Positions 38,958-53,002 of a stretch of DNA of 64,000 bases are shown piece after piece (the first letter of the stretch is position 1; each line of letters starts with the position of its first letter). The notes beneath the pieces were generated by a model. That model worked only from the letters and a program-made list of their open reading frames with translations, was not told where the DNA came from and did no database searches. A program made the translations under genes and the position numbers. The DNA lies in the NCBI GenBank assembly GCA_964016885.1, contig OZ024757.1, positions 21,700,001 to 21,764,000 on the forward strand, in the 5' to 3' direction. The DNA is from Eledone cirrhosa (Eukaryota).

Positions 38958-39299
38958 CATCATCATCATCATTTCATTTTACGTCTGCTTTTCCCTGCTT
39001 GCAAGGGTGGGACGGGAACTGATTCTGGCTTGATTTCTACAGCTGGATGCCCTTCCTAACATCAACCTCATTTACAGTGAGGGCTGGGTGCTTTTTTTCC
39101 ATGGCACCTCCACGACCACTTTACAGTGGAATGATAGGGACCCCAGTCCCTATCATCTCATTTCTACAGCTGAGTAAACTGGAGCAATGTGAAATGAAGT
39201 GTCTTGCTCAAGGAAACAACACATCACCCGGTCTGAGAATTGAACTCACAACCTTTCGATTGCAAGGCCAATGCTCTAACCACTAAGCCATGTGCCTCC
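38958..39299 (-). mobile_element. SINE family B, full-length
   Basis: Near-identical to 27421-27757. Confidence 0.85.
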
Positions 39300-39725
39300 A
39301 TCATAATAATAATAATAATTGTTTCTACTTTTGGCACAATGCCAGCAATTACCCAGTGTATTACAGGTACTTTATTTTATCGACCCCCGCAAGGATGAAA
39401 GGTAAAGTTAACCTTCAGAAAATTAATAGTAGTGTTTGGGGATTTAGGCTTGTACATAAATATGCACTGACCACTGTGGGTGTATGGGTAAACAAAGATA
39501 TAGTGTATAAAAGTATACATACATGTATACATATACACACATATGTGTATGTAAACATGTACACACATGTGCATTTGCATGTGTGCGCACAAATGTATAT
39601 ATACACATACATTCATATACATTCAGTATACATATGTACACACATATACATGCACATATACCTACATACATAATAAAGCTGCACTGCCAACAAGGTAGTA
39701 GATGCAGTAACTATGCATTTGTCTG

Positions 39726-39888
39726 TATGTGTTATGTAACTGAGTATTTTCTAGTAGTACTATATATCTACTGTATATATATATTTTATATATATATATA
39801 TATATATGATCTGTATGCATATACACACACATATATATATATACAGTATATATATAGTACTAATAGAAAATACTCAGTTACATAACAC

Positions 39889-39891
<3 letters not shown>
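39726..39891. repeat. Inverted repeat, ~59 bp arms around a TA-rich spacer
   Basis: TATGTGTTATGTAACTGAGTATTTTCTA.TAGTAC... and its complement, two mismatches. Confidence 0.8.
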
Positions 39892-39934
<43 letters not shown>

Positions 39935-39939
39935 ATACA

Positions 39940-40900
39940 CAAATGAGGTCGTGTAGGTGTCACGACAAAAAAACACACAGTCCACGCTGTAATGTGGCCA
40001 TGTAGGTAACACGGTAAAAACCTCCCAGTTCCACACTGTAAATGTGGTTGGTGTTGGGAAGGGCACCCAGCCGTAGAAAACCCACCAGACGTGTAGGTGT
40101 CACGACAATAAAACACACATTCCGCGCTGTAATGTGGCCGTGTAGGTAACATGGTAAAAACCTCCCAGTTCCACACTGTAAATGTGGTTGGTGTTGGGAA
40201 GGGCACCCAGCCGTAGAAAACCCACCAGACGTGTAGGTGTCACGACAATAAAACACACATTCCGCGCTGTAATGTGGCCGTGTAGGTAACATGGTAAAAA
40301 CCTCCCAGTTCCACACTGTAAATGTGGTTGGTGTTGGGAAGGGCACCCAGCCGTAGAAAACCCACCAGACGTGTAGGTGTCACGACAATAAAACACACAT
40401 TCCGCGCTGTAATGTGGCCGTGTAGGTAACATGGTAAAAACCTCCCAGTTCCACACTGTAAATGTGGTTGGTGTTGGGAAGGGCACCCAGCCGTAGAAAA
40501 CCCACCAGACGTGTAGGTGTCACGACAATAAAACACACATTCCGCGCTGTAATGTGGCCGTGTAGGTAACATGGTAAAAACCTCCCAGTTCCACACTGTA
40601 AATGTGGTTGGTGTTGGGAAGGGCACCCAGCCGTAGAAAACCCACCAGACGTGTAGATGTCACGACAATAAAACACACAGTCCGCGCTGTAATGTGGCCG
40701 TGTAGGTAACACGGTAAAAACCTCCCAGTTCCACACTGTAAATGTGGTTGGTGTTGGGAAGGGCATCCAGCCGTAGAAAACCCGCCGCCAGACAGTCCTA
40801 TGCGAGCAAGACAACCACTCTTGCCTCAAGTGGGAAAACTCCCGTCCAAACCCATGCAAGCGTGGAATATGGACGTTAAACGATGATGATGATGAATCAT
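39940..40900 (+). repeat. Family C copy containing six tandem 140 bp units
   Basis: GTGTAGRTGTCACGAC at 39951, 40091, 40231, 40371, 40511, 40651. Confidence 0.92.
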
Positions 40901-41192
40901 GATGATGATGATATATATACAAATCAGAATAATCACGTTTTTGAGATGAAAAAAAGAGGCAGAAAAAGATCAAACTGGAGATAAGTGAAACTTTTAATAT
41001 AAAAAAATATAAAATATAAAAATATCATACCACAACACAATACCACCACCACCACTACTACTACTACTAATACTACTACTACAACAACAACTACTACTAC
41101 TACTACTACTATTACTACTACAACAACTACTACTACTACTACTACTACTACCATCATCATCACCATCACCACCACCACCACCACTATTACCA

Positions 41193-41230
<38 letters not shown>

Positions 41231-41489
41231 TTTATAATAATAATGTTAAAAGACAATAGTGTTGGGTGGTAGATATATGTGGCAATTCTCTTGGAAAACA
41301 AAACATTATCCAACAGTTTCGTTGCGTAGAATCTGATGGTATTATATGTAATATAAGCTTTTGAATTTTAAGAAAATAAGCTTTGATTAAAGTTGATTTT
41401 CAAGATTTGAATGTCGAGACATTTCAAATGTTCATTGACATTTTTTTATGTCTCCTCTTTTGAAATGGAAGTTGCAGTCTATTATATAG

Positions 41490-41994
41490 TTGTGTGTGTG
41501 TTTGTGTGTTTGTGAATGTGTTTGTGTATGTGTGTTTGTAATTGAGTGTATGTGTGTTTGTGATTGTGTGTGTGTATGTGTGTTTGTAATTGAGTGTATG
41601 TGTGTTTGTGAATGTGTTTGTGTATGTGTGTTTGTAATTGAGTGTATGTGTGTTTGTGAATGTGTTTGTGTATGTGTGTTTGTAATTGAGTGTATGTGTG
41701 TTTGTGATTGTGTGTGTGTGTGTGATTTTGTGCCAGTGTGTGTGTGTGTCTGTGTATATGCCTATGCAAGCGTTTGTGTGTGGTGTGTGTGTGTGCTTAT
41801 GGTATGTTTGTCTGTGTCAGAGTATGTGTGTGTCAGTGTGTGTGTCAGTGTATGTCTGTGTATGTCAGTGTGTGTGTGTCTGATGGACTGCTTTTATAAT
41901 TTTTCTCCTGCCAAAATAACGACTGCGCTCTATTTAGTTAGGCACACACACACACACATATATATAAATACATGCAGATACATTTACACACACC

Positions 41995-42040
<46 letters not shown>

Positions 42041-42268
42041 AATACATGCAAATACATTTACACACACCCTCTCTCTCACACACATATATATAAATACATG
42101 CAAATACATTTACACACACCCTCTCTCACGCACACACACACACACACACCCTCTATCACGCACACACACACACACATATATAAATACATGCAAATACATT
42201 TACACACACCCTCTCTCACATACATACACACATATATATAAATACATGCAAATACATTTACACACACC

Positions 42269-42312
<44 letters not shown>

Positions 42313-42449
42313 CTCTCACGCACACACACACACACACACACACATATAAATACATGCAAATACATTTACACACACCCTCTCTCACACACACACATATATA
42401 TATATAAATACATGCAAATACATTTACACACACCCTCTCTCACACACAT

Positions 42450-42480
<31 letters not shown>

Positions 42481-42922
42481 AATACATGCAGATACATTTA
42501 CACACACCCTCTCTCACACACACACACACACACATATATATAAATACATGCAAATACATTTACACACACCCTCTCTCACACACACACATATATATATAAA
42601 TACATGCAAATACATTTACACACACCCTCTCACACACACACACATATATATAAATACATGCAAATACATTTACACACACCCTCTCTCACACACATACACA
42701 CATATATAAATACATGCAAATACATTTACACACACCCTCTCTCACACACACACACACATATATATATAAATACATGCAGATGCATTTACACACACCCTCT
42801 CTCATACACACACACACACACATATATATATAAATACATGCAAATACATTTACACACACCCTCTCTCACACACACACATATATATATAAATACATGCAAA
42901 TACATTTACACACACCCTCTCT

Positions 42923-42960
<38 letters not shown>

Positions 42961-43052
42961 AATACATGCAAATACATTTACACACACCCTCTCTCACACA
43001 CATACACACATATATAAATACATGCAAATACATTTACACACACCCTCTCTCA

Positions 43053-43092
<40 letters not shown>

Positions 43093-43120
43093 AATACATG
43101 CAGATACATTTACACACACC

Positions 43121-43168
<48 letters not shown>

Positions 43169-43780
43169 AATACATGCAGATACATTTACACACACCCTCT
43201 CTCACACACATACACACACACACACACACACATATATATAAATACATGCAGATACATTTACACACCCTCTCTCATCACACACACACACACATATATATAA
43301 ATACATGCAGATACATTTACACACACCCTCTCTCACACACACACACACATATATAAATACATGCAAATACATTTACACACACCCTCTCTCTCACACACAC
43401 ACACACACACACATATATATAAATACATGCAGATACATTTACACACACCCTCTCTCACACACACACATATATATAAATACATGCAGATACATTTACACAC
43501 ACCCTCTCTCTCTCACACACACACACACACATATATAAATACATGCAAATACATTTACACACACCCTCTCTCACACACACACACATATATAAATACATAC
43601 AAATACATTTACACACACCCTCTCTCACACACATACACACATATATATAAATACATGCAAATTCATTTACACACACCCTCTCTCTCACACACACACATAT
43701 ATAAATACATACAAATACATTTACACACTCCGTCTCTCTCACACACACACATATATATACATACACACACACACACATAT
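41490..43780. repeat. (TG)-rich tract then compound satellite ATAAATACATGCARATACATTTACACACACCCTCTCT(CA)n(TA)n
   Basis: Constant ~37 nt core with variable-length dinucleotide linkers from ~41960. Confidence 0.92.
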
Positions 43781-43792
43781 AATAATCATAAT

Positions 43793-44121
43793 CATCATTT
43801 TACGTCCACTTTTCCCTGCTTGCAAGGGTGGGACTGGAACTGATTCTGGCTTGATTTCTACAGCTGGATGCCCTTCCTAACACCAACCTCATTTACAGTG
43901 AGTGCTGGGTGCTTTTTCTTCTGTGGCACTTCCACGACCACTTTGCTGTGGAATGATATGGACCCCAGTCCCTATCATCTCATTTCTACAGCTGAGTAAA
44001 CTGGAGCAATGTGAAATAAAGTGTCTTGCTCAAGGAAACAACACATCACCCGGTCCAAGAATTGAACTCACAACCCTTCCATTGCAAGGCCAATGCTCTA
44101 ACCACTAAGCCATGTGCCTCC
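43793..44121 (-). mobile_element. SINE family B, full-length
   Basis: Near-identical to 38958-39299. Confidence 0.85.
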
Positions 44122-44139
44122 ATATATAATAAAGAAGAA

Positions 44140-44387
44140 ATTAAAAGATGGTTAAAAGAGTTCCATATATTTTATTTTGCGCATTTCGAATACAAAATCA
44201 TCCTGGGACAAAAATTGTGTTCTCATCAGATAAAATAAGGTAACATGACACAAGGCATAATAGCAGTTGTTTACATGAAAGCGCTAAGTCTACATATGAC
44301 AGTTCTACCAGTTCTACCAACTGTTGAGTGCTACTTATCTGATATATGCATAGTTTTATTGTTCTACAATATTACTCACCATCTACA
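44140..44387. mobile_element. Divergent H2-subfamily element: inverted hammerhead segment (minus, 44168-44237) plus plus-strand tail
   Basis: Minus: TATTTTAT-CTGATGA-GAACACAA...TTGTATTC-GAAA-TGCGCA-AA-ATAAAATA (cleavage-site U changed to A); tail resembles 21200-21285. Confidence 0.72.
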
Positions 44388-44829
44388 TACATACATACAT
44401 ATATATATACATATATACATATATATACACACCATCACCCTCATTTAATGTCTATTTTCCCCTGCTAGCAAGTGTGAAGTGTATGTTTATGACTTTATAC
44501 GATATACTATATCTATATGTCTTGACTTCAATTTAAAGCTTATGACTCACGGATATCAAATTTTGCCATTTTTAAGTGTTCTAAGGGGGATTTCCCCGTG
44601 AAGATTAGTTGCATTAATGTTTTGACAAGAAAATAGGATTTCATCTCAAATATCTGCACCATTGCACCAGCTGCAATACAATATCGCTGCGATAATCAAT
44701 AGACAACAACAAATAAACAAACGAAACATCCTGTAAACTTTGATTGCAAATAGAAGTTTAAATATGCAGGTGGCTGTTTGGATGACATCATACAGAGATC
44801 AACACTGCTATCATTTCATCATCTGAAGT

Positions 44830-45233
44830 CATCTCTCTCTATCTCTCTCTATCTCTCTATCCCCCCTCCCTCTCTCTGTCTCTCTCTATCTCCCCCTCTT
44901 CTCTCTTTATCTTCCCCCTCTATCCCCCTATCTCTCTTTATTCCCCCCTCTACCCCCTCTCTGTGTCTCTTTATCCCCCCTCTACCCCTCTACCCCTCTC
45001 TATCTCTATTTACCCCCCTCTATTCCCCCTATCTCTCTTTATCTTCCCCCTCTACCCCCTCTCTCTGTCTCTATCCCCCCTCTATATCTCTATCTCCTCC
45101 CTATCTCTCTTTGTCTCTCTCTATCTCCCTCCTCTCTCTTTATCTTCCCCCTCTACCCCCCCCTCTCTATCTCCCCCTCTATATATATCTCTCTCTCTCT
45201 CTATCTCTCTCTATCTCACCCCTCTATACCCCT

Positions 45234-45264
<31 letters not shown>

Positions 45265-45302
45265 ACTCTCTCTCTCTCTATCTATCTCTCTCTCTCTCTC
45301 TC
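44830..45302. repeat. CT-rich low-complexity tract
   Basis: Direct reading. Confidence 0.9.
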
Positions 45303-45926
45303 TAAAGTAGGGGTCTGAAACTCAAGGACTCAAAAGAGCCATTACGTCCTGGGGGAGGGGGGTGAGGCACAGCCGGCCAAATCTCAGATGAAGAAATGTA
45401 GGGAGAAGGTGTCATGGCTGCCACTAGCTATAAGGCTAATCTTCAATACAGCTCATTGGCAATTTATTTGTTAATTTTTTCATCAAAATAAATAGCCATA
45501 TGATAATAAGTGGGATATGTGAATTAGTACAAAATTTAAGGGACAAATTTTCCTTAATTCCACTTTTACTTTTTTTCATTTTTTCCCTTTTTATAAATTC
45601 TGTTGCTTCCATTGTATTATATGGTGGATTGGCAGAGGGTCGGACGCCATGCTAGGGCGGTGGATTGGCAGTATCGGTAGAGGGTCGGACGCCATGCTTT
45701 GCAGCACAATTACGTCCCTTTACGAACTGAGTTCAAATCCCGCCGAGGTTAACTTTGCATTTCATCCTTACGGGGTTGATAACATAAAAGTACCAGTAAT
45801 ACACTGGGATAATTGCTGGCCTTGTGCCAAAAAGTAGAAACAATTATATTTCATAGGTAAATTACAATAAACTGTATTATAAATGACAAGTATGTTTTGA
45901 AACAGTGAGCAGGTTTGAAATTAGAA

Positions 45927-46112
45927 AATACAATAGCTTTCACTGTATTTTTGACTGAAGAAATTTTAGCCTGATTGTGGGGTTTAGAACCATCAGATAA
46001 ATGGAAAAAGATGAGTATTGATATACATCTTTTTCCATTTATCTGAAGGTTCTAAACCCCACTATCAGGCTAAAATTTCTTTAGTCAAAAATACAGTGAA
46101 AGCTATTGTATT
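45927..46112. repeat. Inverted repeat, 87 bp arms, 12 nt loop
   Basis: Arms 45927-46013 and 46026-46112, three mismatches seen. Confidence 0.88.
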
Positions 46113-46549
46113 ATAAATGTATTTTTAAAACAGGGTCAAAGTTTTAGGAAAATATTAGTCACAAGAATTGTTCTGCCAGGGACCATAGAGTTTGAGACTC
46201 CTGTTCTAACGGAAGGTTAGTCTTTCTAATAAACCAATATGGCTGAACTGATGATCTGAGAAGATTTATTCAGGTTCTCCTCATGTATTAGGAAAATGTA
46301 TTGTTGATGTAATAAAACACTATATATATATAGTGAAGATAGTGCCCGACGGCTGAGCACATGCCGTTTCAATCATACATATAAGGAGGGTTGAAGAAAG
46401 TTCAATTCTTGTGAGTTCAATGTTTATATTTATATATATCCCGCCAGACTAGTCCTATACGAGCAAGACAACCAATCTTGCCTCAAGTGGGAAAATTCCC
46501 ATCCAAACCCATGTAAGCGTGGAAGATGGACATGAAACGATGATGATGA

Positions 46550-46588
<39 letters not shown>

Positions 46589-46590
<2 letters not shown>

Positions 46591-46908
46591 AAGATATTAA
46601 TAAACGGAAACTATATTTATAAAACCATATTTATTTTATTATATATATTTCAAGGGCAACCAAGCCAATCTTGGTATGGGTATGTCATTATTTATAAAAC
46701 AAATTTTGTATTTTATCTGATGAAAGCGCACCAAGATTGGGTTGGTCGCCCTTGAAATATATATAATAAAATAAATATGGTTTTATAAATATAGTTTCCA
46801 TTTATTAATATCTTGGAATACTTACTCCAGTAAACTGTTGAGTGCTCTATATCAGTTATAAACATTTATGTTTGTCGGAATTCCAACAAATTAAATACAA
46901 CTTCTACA
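46589..46908 (+). mobile_element. Family H1 element with 5' inverted arm and 3' tail, in (TA)n
   Basis: 46589-46675 is the reverse complement of 46730-46816; tail to ...AAATACAACTTCTAC. Confidence 0.8.
46709..46773 (+). ncRNA. Minimal hammerhead motif (H1 variant)
   Basis: TATTTTAT-CTGATGA(46717)-AAGCGCACCAA GATTGGG TTGGTCGCCCTT-GAAA(46754)-TATATA-TA^ATAAAATA; helix I fully Watson-Crick. Confidence 0.82.
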
Positions 46909-46962
46909 TATATATATATGCTAGTGTGGAAGATAGACGTTAAACAATGATGATGATAATGA

Positions 46963-46996
<34 letters not shown>

Positions 46997-47001
<5 letters not shown>

Positions 47002-47185
47002 AACCAGTAAGACCCCGACGGCTGAGCTCAAGCCGTTTCGACGGCTAATTCAGAATTAGCCGTCGAAACGGCTTGAGCTCAGCCGTCGGGGTCTTACTGG
47101 TTCCTATTACCCACTCTACTACCCTAAGTATTGAGTACTTTGGTGCATTATGGTCCACCTGGTTCCTTACCACATTTCCTTCGTT
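46997..47185 (+). mobile_element. Family H5 copy with perfect 55 bp palindromic arms
   Basis: Arms 46997-47051 and 47053-47107; contains GAAA-CGGCT TGAGCTC AGCCG-TC. Confidence 0.8.
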
Positions 47186-47473
47186 ATATATATATATATA
47201 TATATATATGCATCCACATTTATATATCATCATTATTGTTGTTTTTATATAGACTTTTTCATATATGATTTTTAAGACTTTTTGAGGCAATATTTTACAA
47301 TGGGATGCTCTTCTTGATACCAACACTTTTAGTCAACACTTGTGGAATGTAAGGATATAGTGGAACTATTCTATACTGAATACACTCAGTCAATTCCTGC
47401 TTCATCCATTCAAAATTACTATTGGAAAGTGGAAAATGAAGGAGGTTGCAGAAAGTAATTCTACTTATATTTC

Positions 47474-47632
47474 TACGAGGCTCGACTGAAAAGTTCATTG
47501 GCTGAATATGAAGGAGTGATGCTAGAGCTGTGAAATCTCATTATTAACTGCATCGTTTCTTTCCAGGGACAACGTTGAAAAATAAACCTCATTCGATCAT
47601 TCCATGAGAGTATCTTGGTCAGCCTATGAACA
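47474..47632. mobile_element. Mariner-type MITE remnant
   Basis: Left end TACGAGGCTCGACTGAAAAGTTCATTGGCTGA; partial right TIR TCAGCCTATGAAC. Confidence 0.5.
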
Positions 47633-48488
47633 GTTAACACTTGTATTTATCTTCTTCAAAAACCTGATGCCATACGAGTCTAGTTGTTGAGACTGAAGGA
47701 GTAAAGATCAACGGATAGCAATTGGCTGGTGTGGCATTTCAATAGATCAATATCTAGCCAATCATAGAATTATTCCGTGGAAGGATATATCAAAACACCT
47801 TGAGACATATACCACCAACACACACATACAAAAAAATAAAGACATTTAAGACTAATATATTTGAGCTAATATTTCACTTCATTAAAATTCCTATTCTATT
47901 TTTCATCTGCTAGATTAAATTGACCAATATATAAAATGTACAGAGATTTCAAGTAGGTATTTTAAATGCCAAATTATTTGTTGTAGTATAGAAGTTTTAT
48001 TATCAGAGGACGCTCATGATAATGCCATTTATGTATATATCTTTGGACTTATCTACTTAAACATCTACTTATAGATCTATTTTCCCTATGATCTTTCTTC
48101 CGATGATCAATGTCTTTTCTATATATAGTTAAATCTGAAGATTGCAGATGATAACATACATTTGCACATCAGTCATTTTCATGCTTAAATTATTCTTAGA
48201 GAATGGCATAAAGACATTGGCCATTTCTATAATAAATACATAAGTTTATTGCTGACATTCTAAGTTTCAGAACAGTGACTCTCTCAGCTTGAGAGCGGCA
48301 TAATTCATGATTCAAAATGACGACTTTATGGCTTTCCAAACAGTGAACAAATAAAATTTCACCTCACAGAGTATATATGCCAAGTAAGAAATATTTCTTA
48401 ATTCTTTTGATACCAAACTACCAATAGCCAGTCCTGGTTCCGTCATATAAAACAGAACATTTGTTTAGAAAGTGTGTGGTGTTTGAAC

Positions 48489-48864
48489 ATTGAATTAGAA
48501 GACTTTGCCATAACTTTGACTAAATAAAATAGTATATTAACAGGGTATAGAATCCCTACTGAAGGGGAAAAGATGGGTATCAGCTCACCTGATGACCATC
48601 TTTTTCCCTTCAGAGGGCTTATACAACCTGTTATTATTAGGCTATTTTATTTACCATATATATTCAAATATAAGCCAAGGAATATGTGAGCCCCCCCAAA
48701 AAATCAATGGTAGAAGTGGGGAATATTTTGACAATTTTCCCAAACTTCAAATTCTATGTAAAGAAGGTTTGGATTTTTGCCCATTTCTCTGACATAAAAT
48801 AGTGGAGTTGTCTTATATTTGAGTATATAGTAGGCAAAATTATGGCAAAGTCTTTGAATTTAAT
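48489..48864. repeat. Nested inverted repeats: ~133 bp hairpin (48521-48653) inside ~29 bp outer IRs
   Basis: TAAATAAAATAG/CTATTTTATTTA, CTGAAGGG.AAAAGATGG/CCATCTTTT.CCCTTCAG; outer GACTTTGCCATAA/TTATGGCAAAGTC. Confidence 0.6.
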
Positions 48865-50114
48865 CTTTTTTATAAAACTGCTTGTTTTTTCACCCCTTTG
48901 ATACCAAAATGCCAGAAACTAGTGCTGGTTCTACAGTACAAAACTGTCAATGAAAGGATTAACCCTTTAACATTTAAACCGACTTTATCTGGCCAGAATT
49001 CTGTCACCTTTTTTCTGTTCTGTAACCATCCACTCATACTGATGTTAAGGTATTGTTCCCAAAATAAATAATATCAAAATCTCGTAGATTCGATATGAGA
49101 GAAAATTATGTGAGGTAAAGCATTTACTGTGAAAATATAATAGTATATATAAAGTCGGTGAGGAGGGTGATATTTGGACACCATGCGGGATGAAATACAA
49201 GACTCGGCAAAGGGCGGAGGGACACAGCAGAGTCAACGGCCATCAAAATAGATTTTTTTTTCCACCTGGGAGTGAAAAGCCTCCAGTTCTTCTCACAACA
49301 CCTTTCTGGGAGAGGGAAACTCTGAAAAAAACCCTGCGGCTTCGGAAGCATCTGATGATGTTGACAAGTTCTCCTTTTTGGATAGTGCTTTCGATGCCCT
49401 GAGAGTGGGATTGGTCGAGTGCAAAGCCTTTCCCCACTTAAAAAACCTTCAAAGCACAGGCATTGCTTGTTCAGGATATGTTACAAGCAATTGCAATACA
49501 CTTAGCAGTGTTTGCAGCCATCATATATAGAGTAATGTAAATGCTGAACCTTTATTAAGTTATGTTCCAACACACAAATATATATACTATATATAGTATA
49601 TACTAGCAGAATGGACCGGCGTTGCTCGGGATTTGCTCTAGGGTTCTTATATATTTGATATATATTTATCATTATCGAGCCTCGTGAAATAAATATGTTT
49701 GTTTATATTTTGTTATTGGGCGGATTGGCAGTATCGGTAGAGAGTCGGACGCCATGCTTTACGGTCTGAGTTCAAATCCCGCAGAGGTTAACTTTGCCTT
49801 TCATCCTTACAGGGTCGATAAAATAGAGTACCAGTAATGTACTGGGTAATTGCTGGCCTTGCGCCAAAAGTAGAAACAGTTATTGTGTATGCAAAAATAT
49901 CTGTACACAAATATATAATTATATATATATATTTTAATATATATATATATTAAAATAACAGATTAAAGTTTAAGCAAAGAATCACTGCTTTCACCCTTAA
50001 TGGGATCTTCTGAAACTAAAAAAATCAATCTGTGAATGCAGAAGTAAATATTTCGAAAATTTTTTACACAACTCAATCAGAAAAACAATTATATATATAT
50101 AAATATATATATAT

Positions 50115-50333
50115 AACGAAGGAGATGTGGTAAGGAACTAGATGGACCATAACCCACCAGAGTACTCAATACTTAGGGTAGTAGAGTGGGTAATAGGAAA
50201 AAGTATGACTCCGACGGCAGAGCTCAAGCCATTTCGATGGCTATTTCTGGACTAAATTAGAATTTTTATTTTAATTTAGTCCAGAAATAGCCATCGAAAC
50301 GGCTTGAGCTCAGCCGTCGGGGTCATACTTTTT

Positions 50334-50336
<3 letters not shown>
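50115..50336 (-). mobile_element. Family H5 copy with ~70 bp palindromic arms, in (TA)n
   Basis: Arms ~50193-50264 and ~50268-50338. Confidence 0.8.
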
Positions 50337-50368
<32 letters not shown>

Positions 50369-50371
<3 letters not shown>

Positions 50372-50552
50372 AACAAAAGATGGTTAAAAGAGTTCCATGT
50401 ATTTTATTATGCGCATTTCAAAAACAAATATCATCATGCAATAATATTTGTGTTTTCATCAGATAAAATAGGAAGACATGATATGAAGGTTAAAAAACAC
50501 TTGTGGATAGTGCAGTTTTAAATCAACATATCAACAATAAAACTCACCTCCT

Positions 50553-50555
<3 letters not shown>
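50369..50555. mobile_element. Family H2 element: inverted hammerhead segment (minus, 50400-50470) fused to a ~25 nt 3' terminus
   Basis: Nearly identical to 20870-21031, then jumps to ACAATAAAACTCACCTCCTAC; intact CTGATGA/GAAA-TGCGCA-TA on minus strand. Confidence 0.8.
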
Positions 50556-50612
<57 letters not shown>

Positions 50613-51147
50613 GACATATAATTGATGATGGTGATATATATGTGTGTGTCTGTCTGTGTGTGTGAGTGTGTATGCCTGTGAGTGTGTATGCCTGTGTGTG
50701 TGTGTGTGATGATACTGGAAGATGAGATAAAAATAAATGCAATGGAATTGAAAGAAAGTAAAAAAGGAAGAAATTTCTGAGAATAAGGAAATATAGAGAG
50801 ATGAGGATATATCCTAGATATGAGCGAGAAGGGGGTAGGGTATATAGAGGGGGGTGGCTGTCTGGGTGGGGTGGAGGGAGAGGGGGTGGCTCTCTGGGGT
50901 GTTGTAGAGGGGTGGTGGTGGTGGTGGCTGTATGTGAGGTTGTATAGAAAGCGGGGTGAGTGGGGGAGACGAGAGAGGGGCAGAGGAGAGGGTGAGTGAG
51001 AGAATGGAGAGACGGGAGTGAGAGAGGATATTGATGAGAGAGGGTGTGAGTGTTTGGATATTGGAATAGAGAGAGATAGAGAGAGAGATAGAGATAGAGA
51101 GAGAGAGAAAGAGAGTGAATTAGTGAGAGATAGTGTGATGAGACAAG

Positions 51148-52280
51148 CATCATCATCACAAACATCATCACCATCACCACCACCACAGCCACCCTCATCA
51201 TCATCATCACCACCAACATCACCATGATCATCACTACCATCACCACCACAACCACCACCCTCAACATCACCACTACCAACATCACCATCACCCTCATCAT
51301 CACCACCACCACCACCACCACCACCCTCATCATCATCACCACCACCACCACCCTCATCATCATCATCACCACCAACATTACCATCACCACCACCACCCTC
51401 ATCATCATCACCACTACCATCACAAACATCACCACCACCACCACCACAACCACCCTCATCATCATCACCACCACCGCCACCGCCACCATCACTGCCACCA
51501 CTGCCACCACCATCACCACCACCACCATCACCATCATCACCACCTACACCATCATCACCACCACCACCACCACCACATACACCACCGCCACCACCATCAC
51601 CGCCACCACCATCACCACCACCACCACCTACACCATCATCACCACCACCACCACCTACACCATCACCACCACCACCACCACCACCTACACCATCACCACC
51701 ACCACCATCACCACCATCACCGCCACCACCACCACCACCTACACCATCACCACCACCACCACCTACACCATCACCACCACCACCACCTACACCATCACTG
51801 CCACCACCATCACCACCACCACCTACGCCATCACTGCCACCACCATCACCATCATCACCACCACCTACACCATCATCACTGCCACCACCACATACACCAT
51901 CACCACCACCACCTACACCGTCACCACCACCACCACCTACACCACCACCACCATCATCACTACCACATACACCATCACCACCACCTACACCATCACCACC
52001 ACCACCACCTACACCATCACCGCCACCACCACCACCACCACCTACACCATCACCACCACCACCACCTACGCCATCACTGCCACCACCATCACCATCATCA
52101 CCACCACCTACACCATCATCACTGCCACCACCACATACACCATCACCACCACCACCACCTACACCATCACCACTGCCACCACCTACACCACCACCACCAC
52201 CTACACCATCACCACCACCACCTCCAACACCATCACCACCACCTACACCATCACCACCGCCACCTACACCACCACCATCA
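51148..52280. repeat. (CAC/CAT/TAC)n trinucleotide array
   Basis: Direct reading; source of the Gly/Asp and Thr-rich ORFs. Confidence 0.95.
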
Positions 52281-52879
52281 ATTGCTACTGTCAGTAGATA
52301 CACAATAAATGGGGATCACAACGAAAATTGAAGAAATTAAAAGCTCCCTTTAAGAGATGTGATATGAGAGGCAGCACTGTGGCAATAACAGAACAAAAGG
52401 TTATGATGAAATAATGGCTGATTATTGTCGGTAAATTACCTCCCTTTATGTCTGGCCGGCGGTTATTAAGGTGGGGGGGATGGTGGGAGGGCCAGAGAGG
52501 GAAAGTAAGTAGTTTATAGAGGAAGGAGGGTGGGGGAGGGTGGAAGAGAGACTGGTGGAAGAGAGAAAGCGAGAGAGAGGCGCAGAGATATAAAAGAAAA
52601 TGTGAGAGGGGCGGGGGGAAGACAGGGGGAGGGTGAGAGGAAGATATATATAAAGAGGTAAAAGAGAGGAATATGAGAGAGAGAGAAAAGGGAGAGGGTG
52701 AAGATATATATATATACGAGAGGGTGAGAAAAGGGGGAGAGATATATATGTAGAAGGAAAGAGAGAGGGAGGAAAAAGGAGAAAGGGAAGGAGATATATA
52801 GAAAGCAGAGAGAGAAAGAGAGAAGATATGTAGAAAGAAAGGCGAGAGTGAGAGAGAGAGCGAAAGTGGTGAGGGTAAG

Positions 52880-52919
52880 GAGAGGGTGGGGAGAGAAAGT
52901 GAGAAAGAGAGAATGAGAA

Positions 52920-53002
<83 letters not shown>

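Noticed and set aside
41960-43780. CRISPR-like constant core with variable spacers
   Set aside because: Spacers are only (CA)n(TA)n length variants.
50531-52303. 590 aa Gly/Asp-rich ORF and overlapping Thr-rich ORF
   Set aside because: Stop-free trinucleotide repeat open in several frames and running into (CT), (CA) and (TA) tracts; no domain or splice context.
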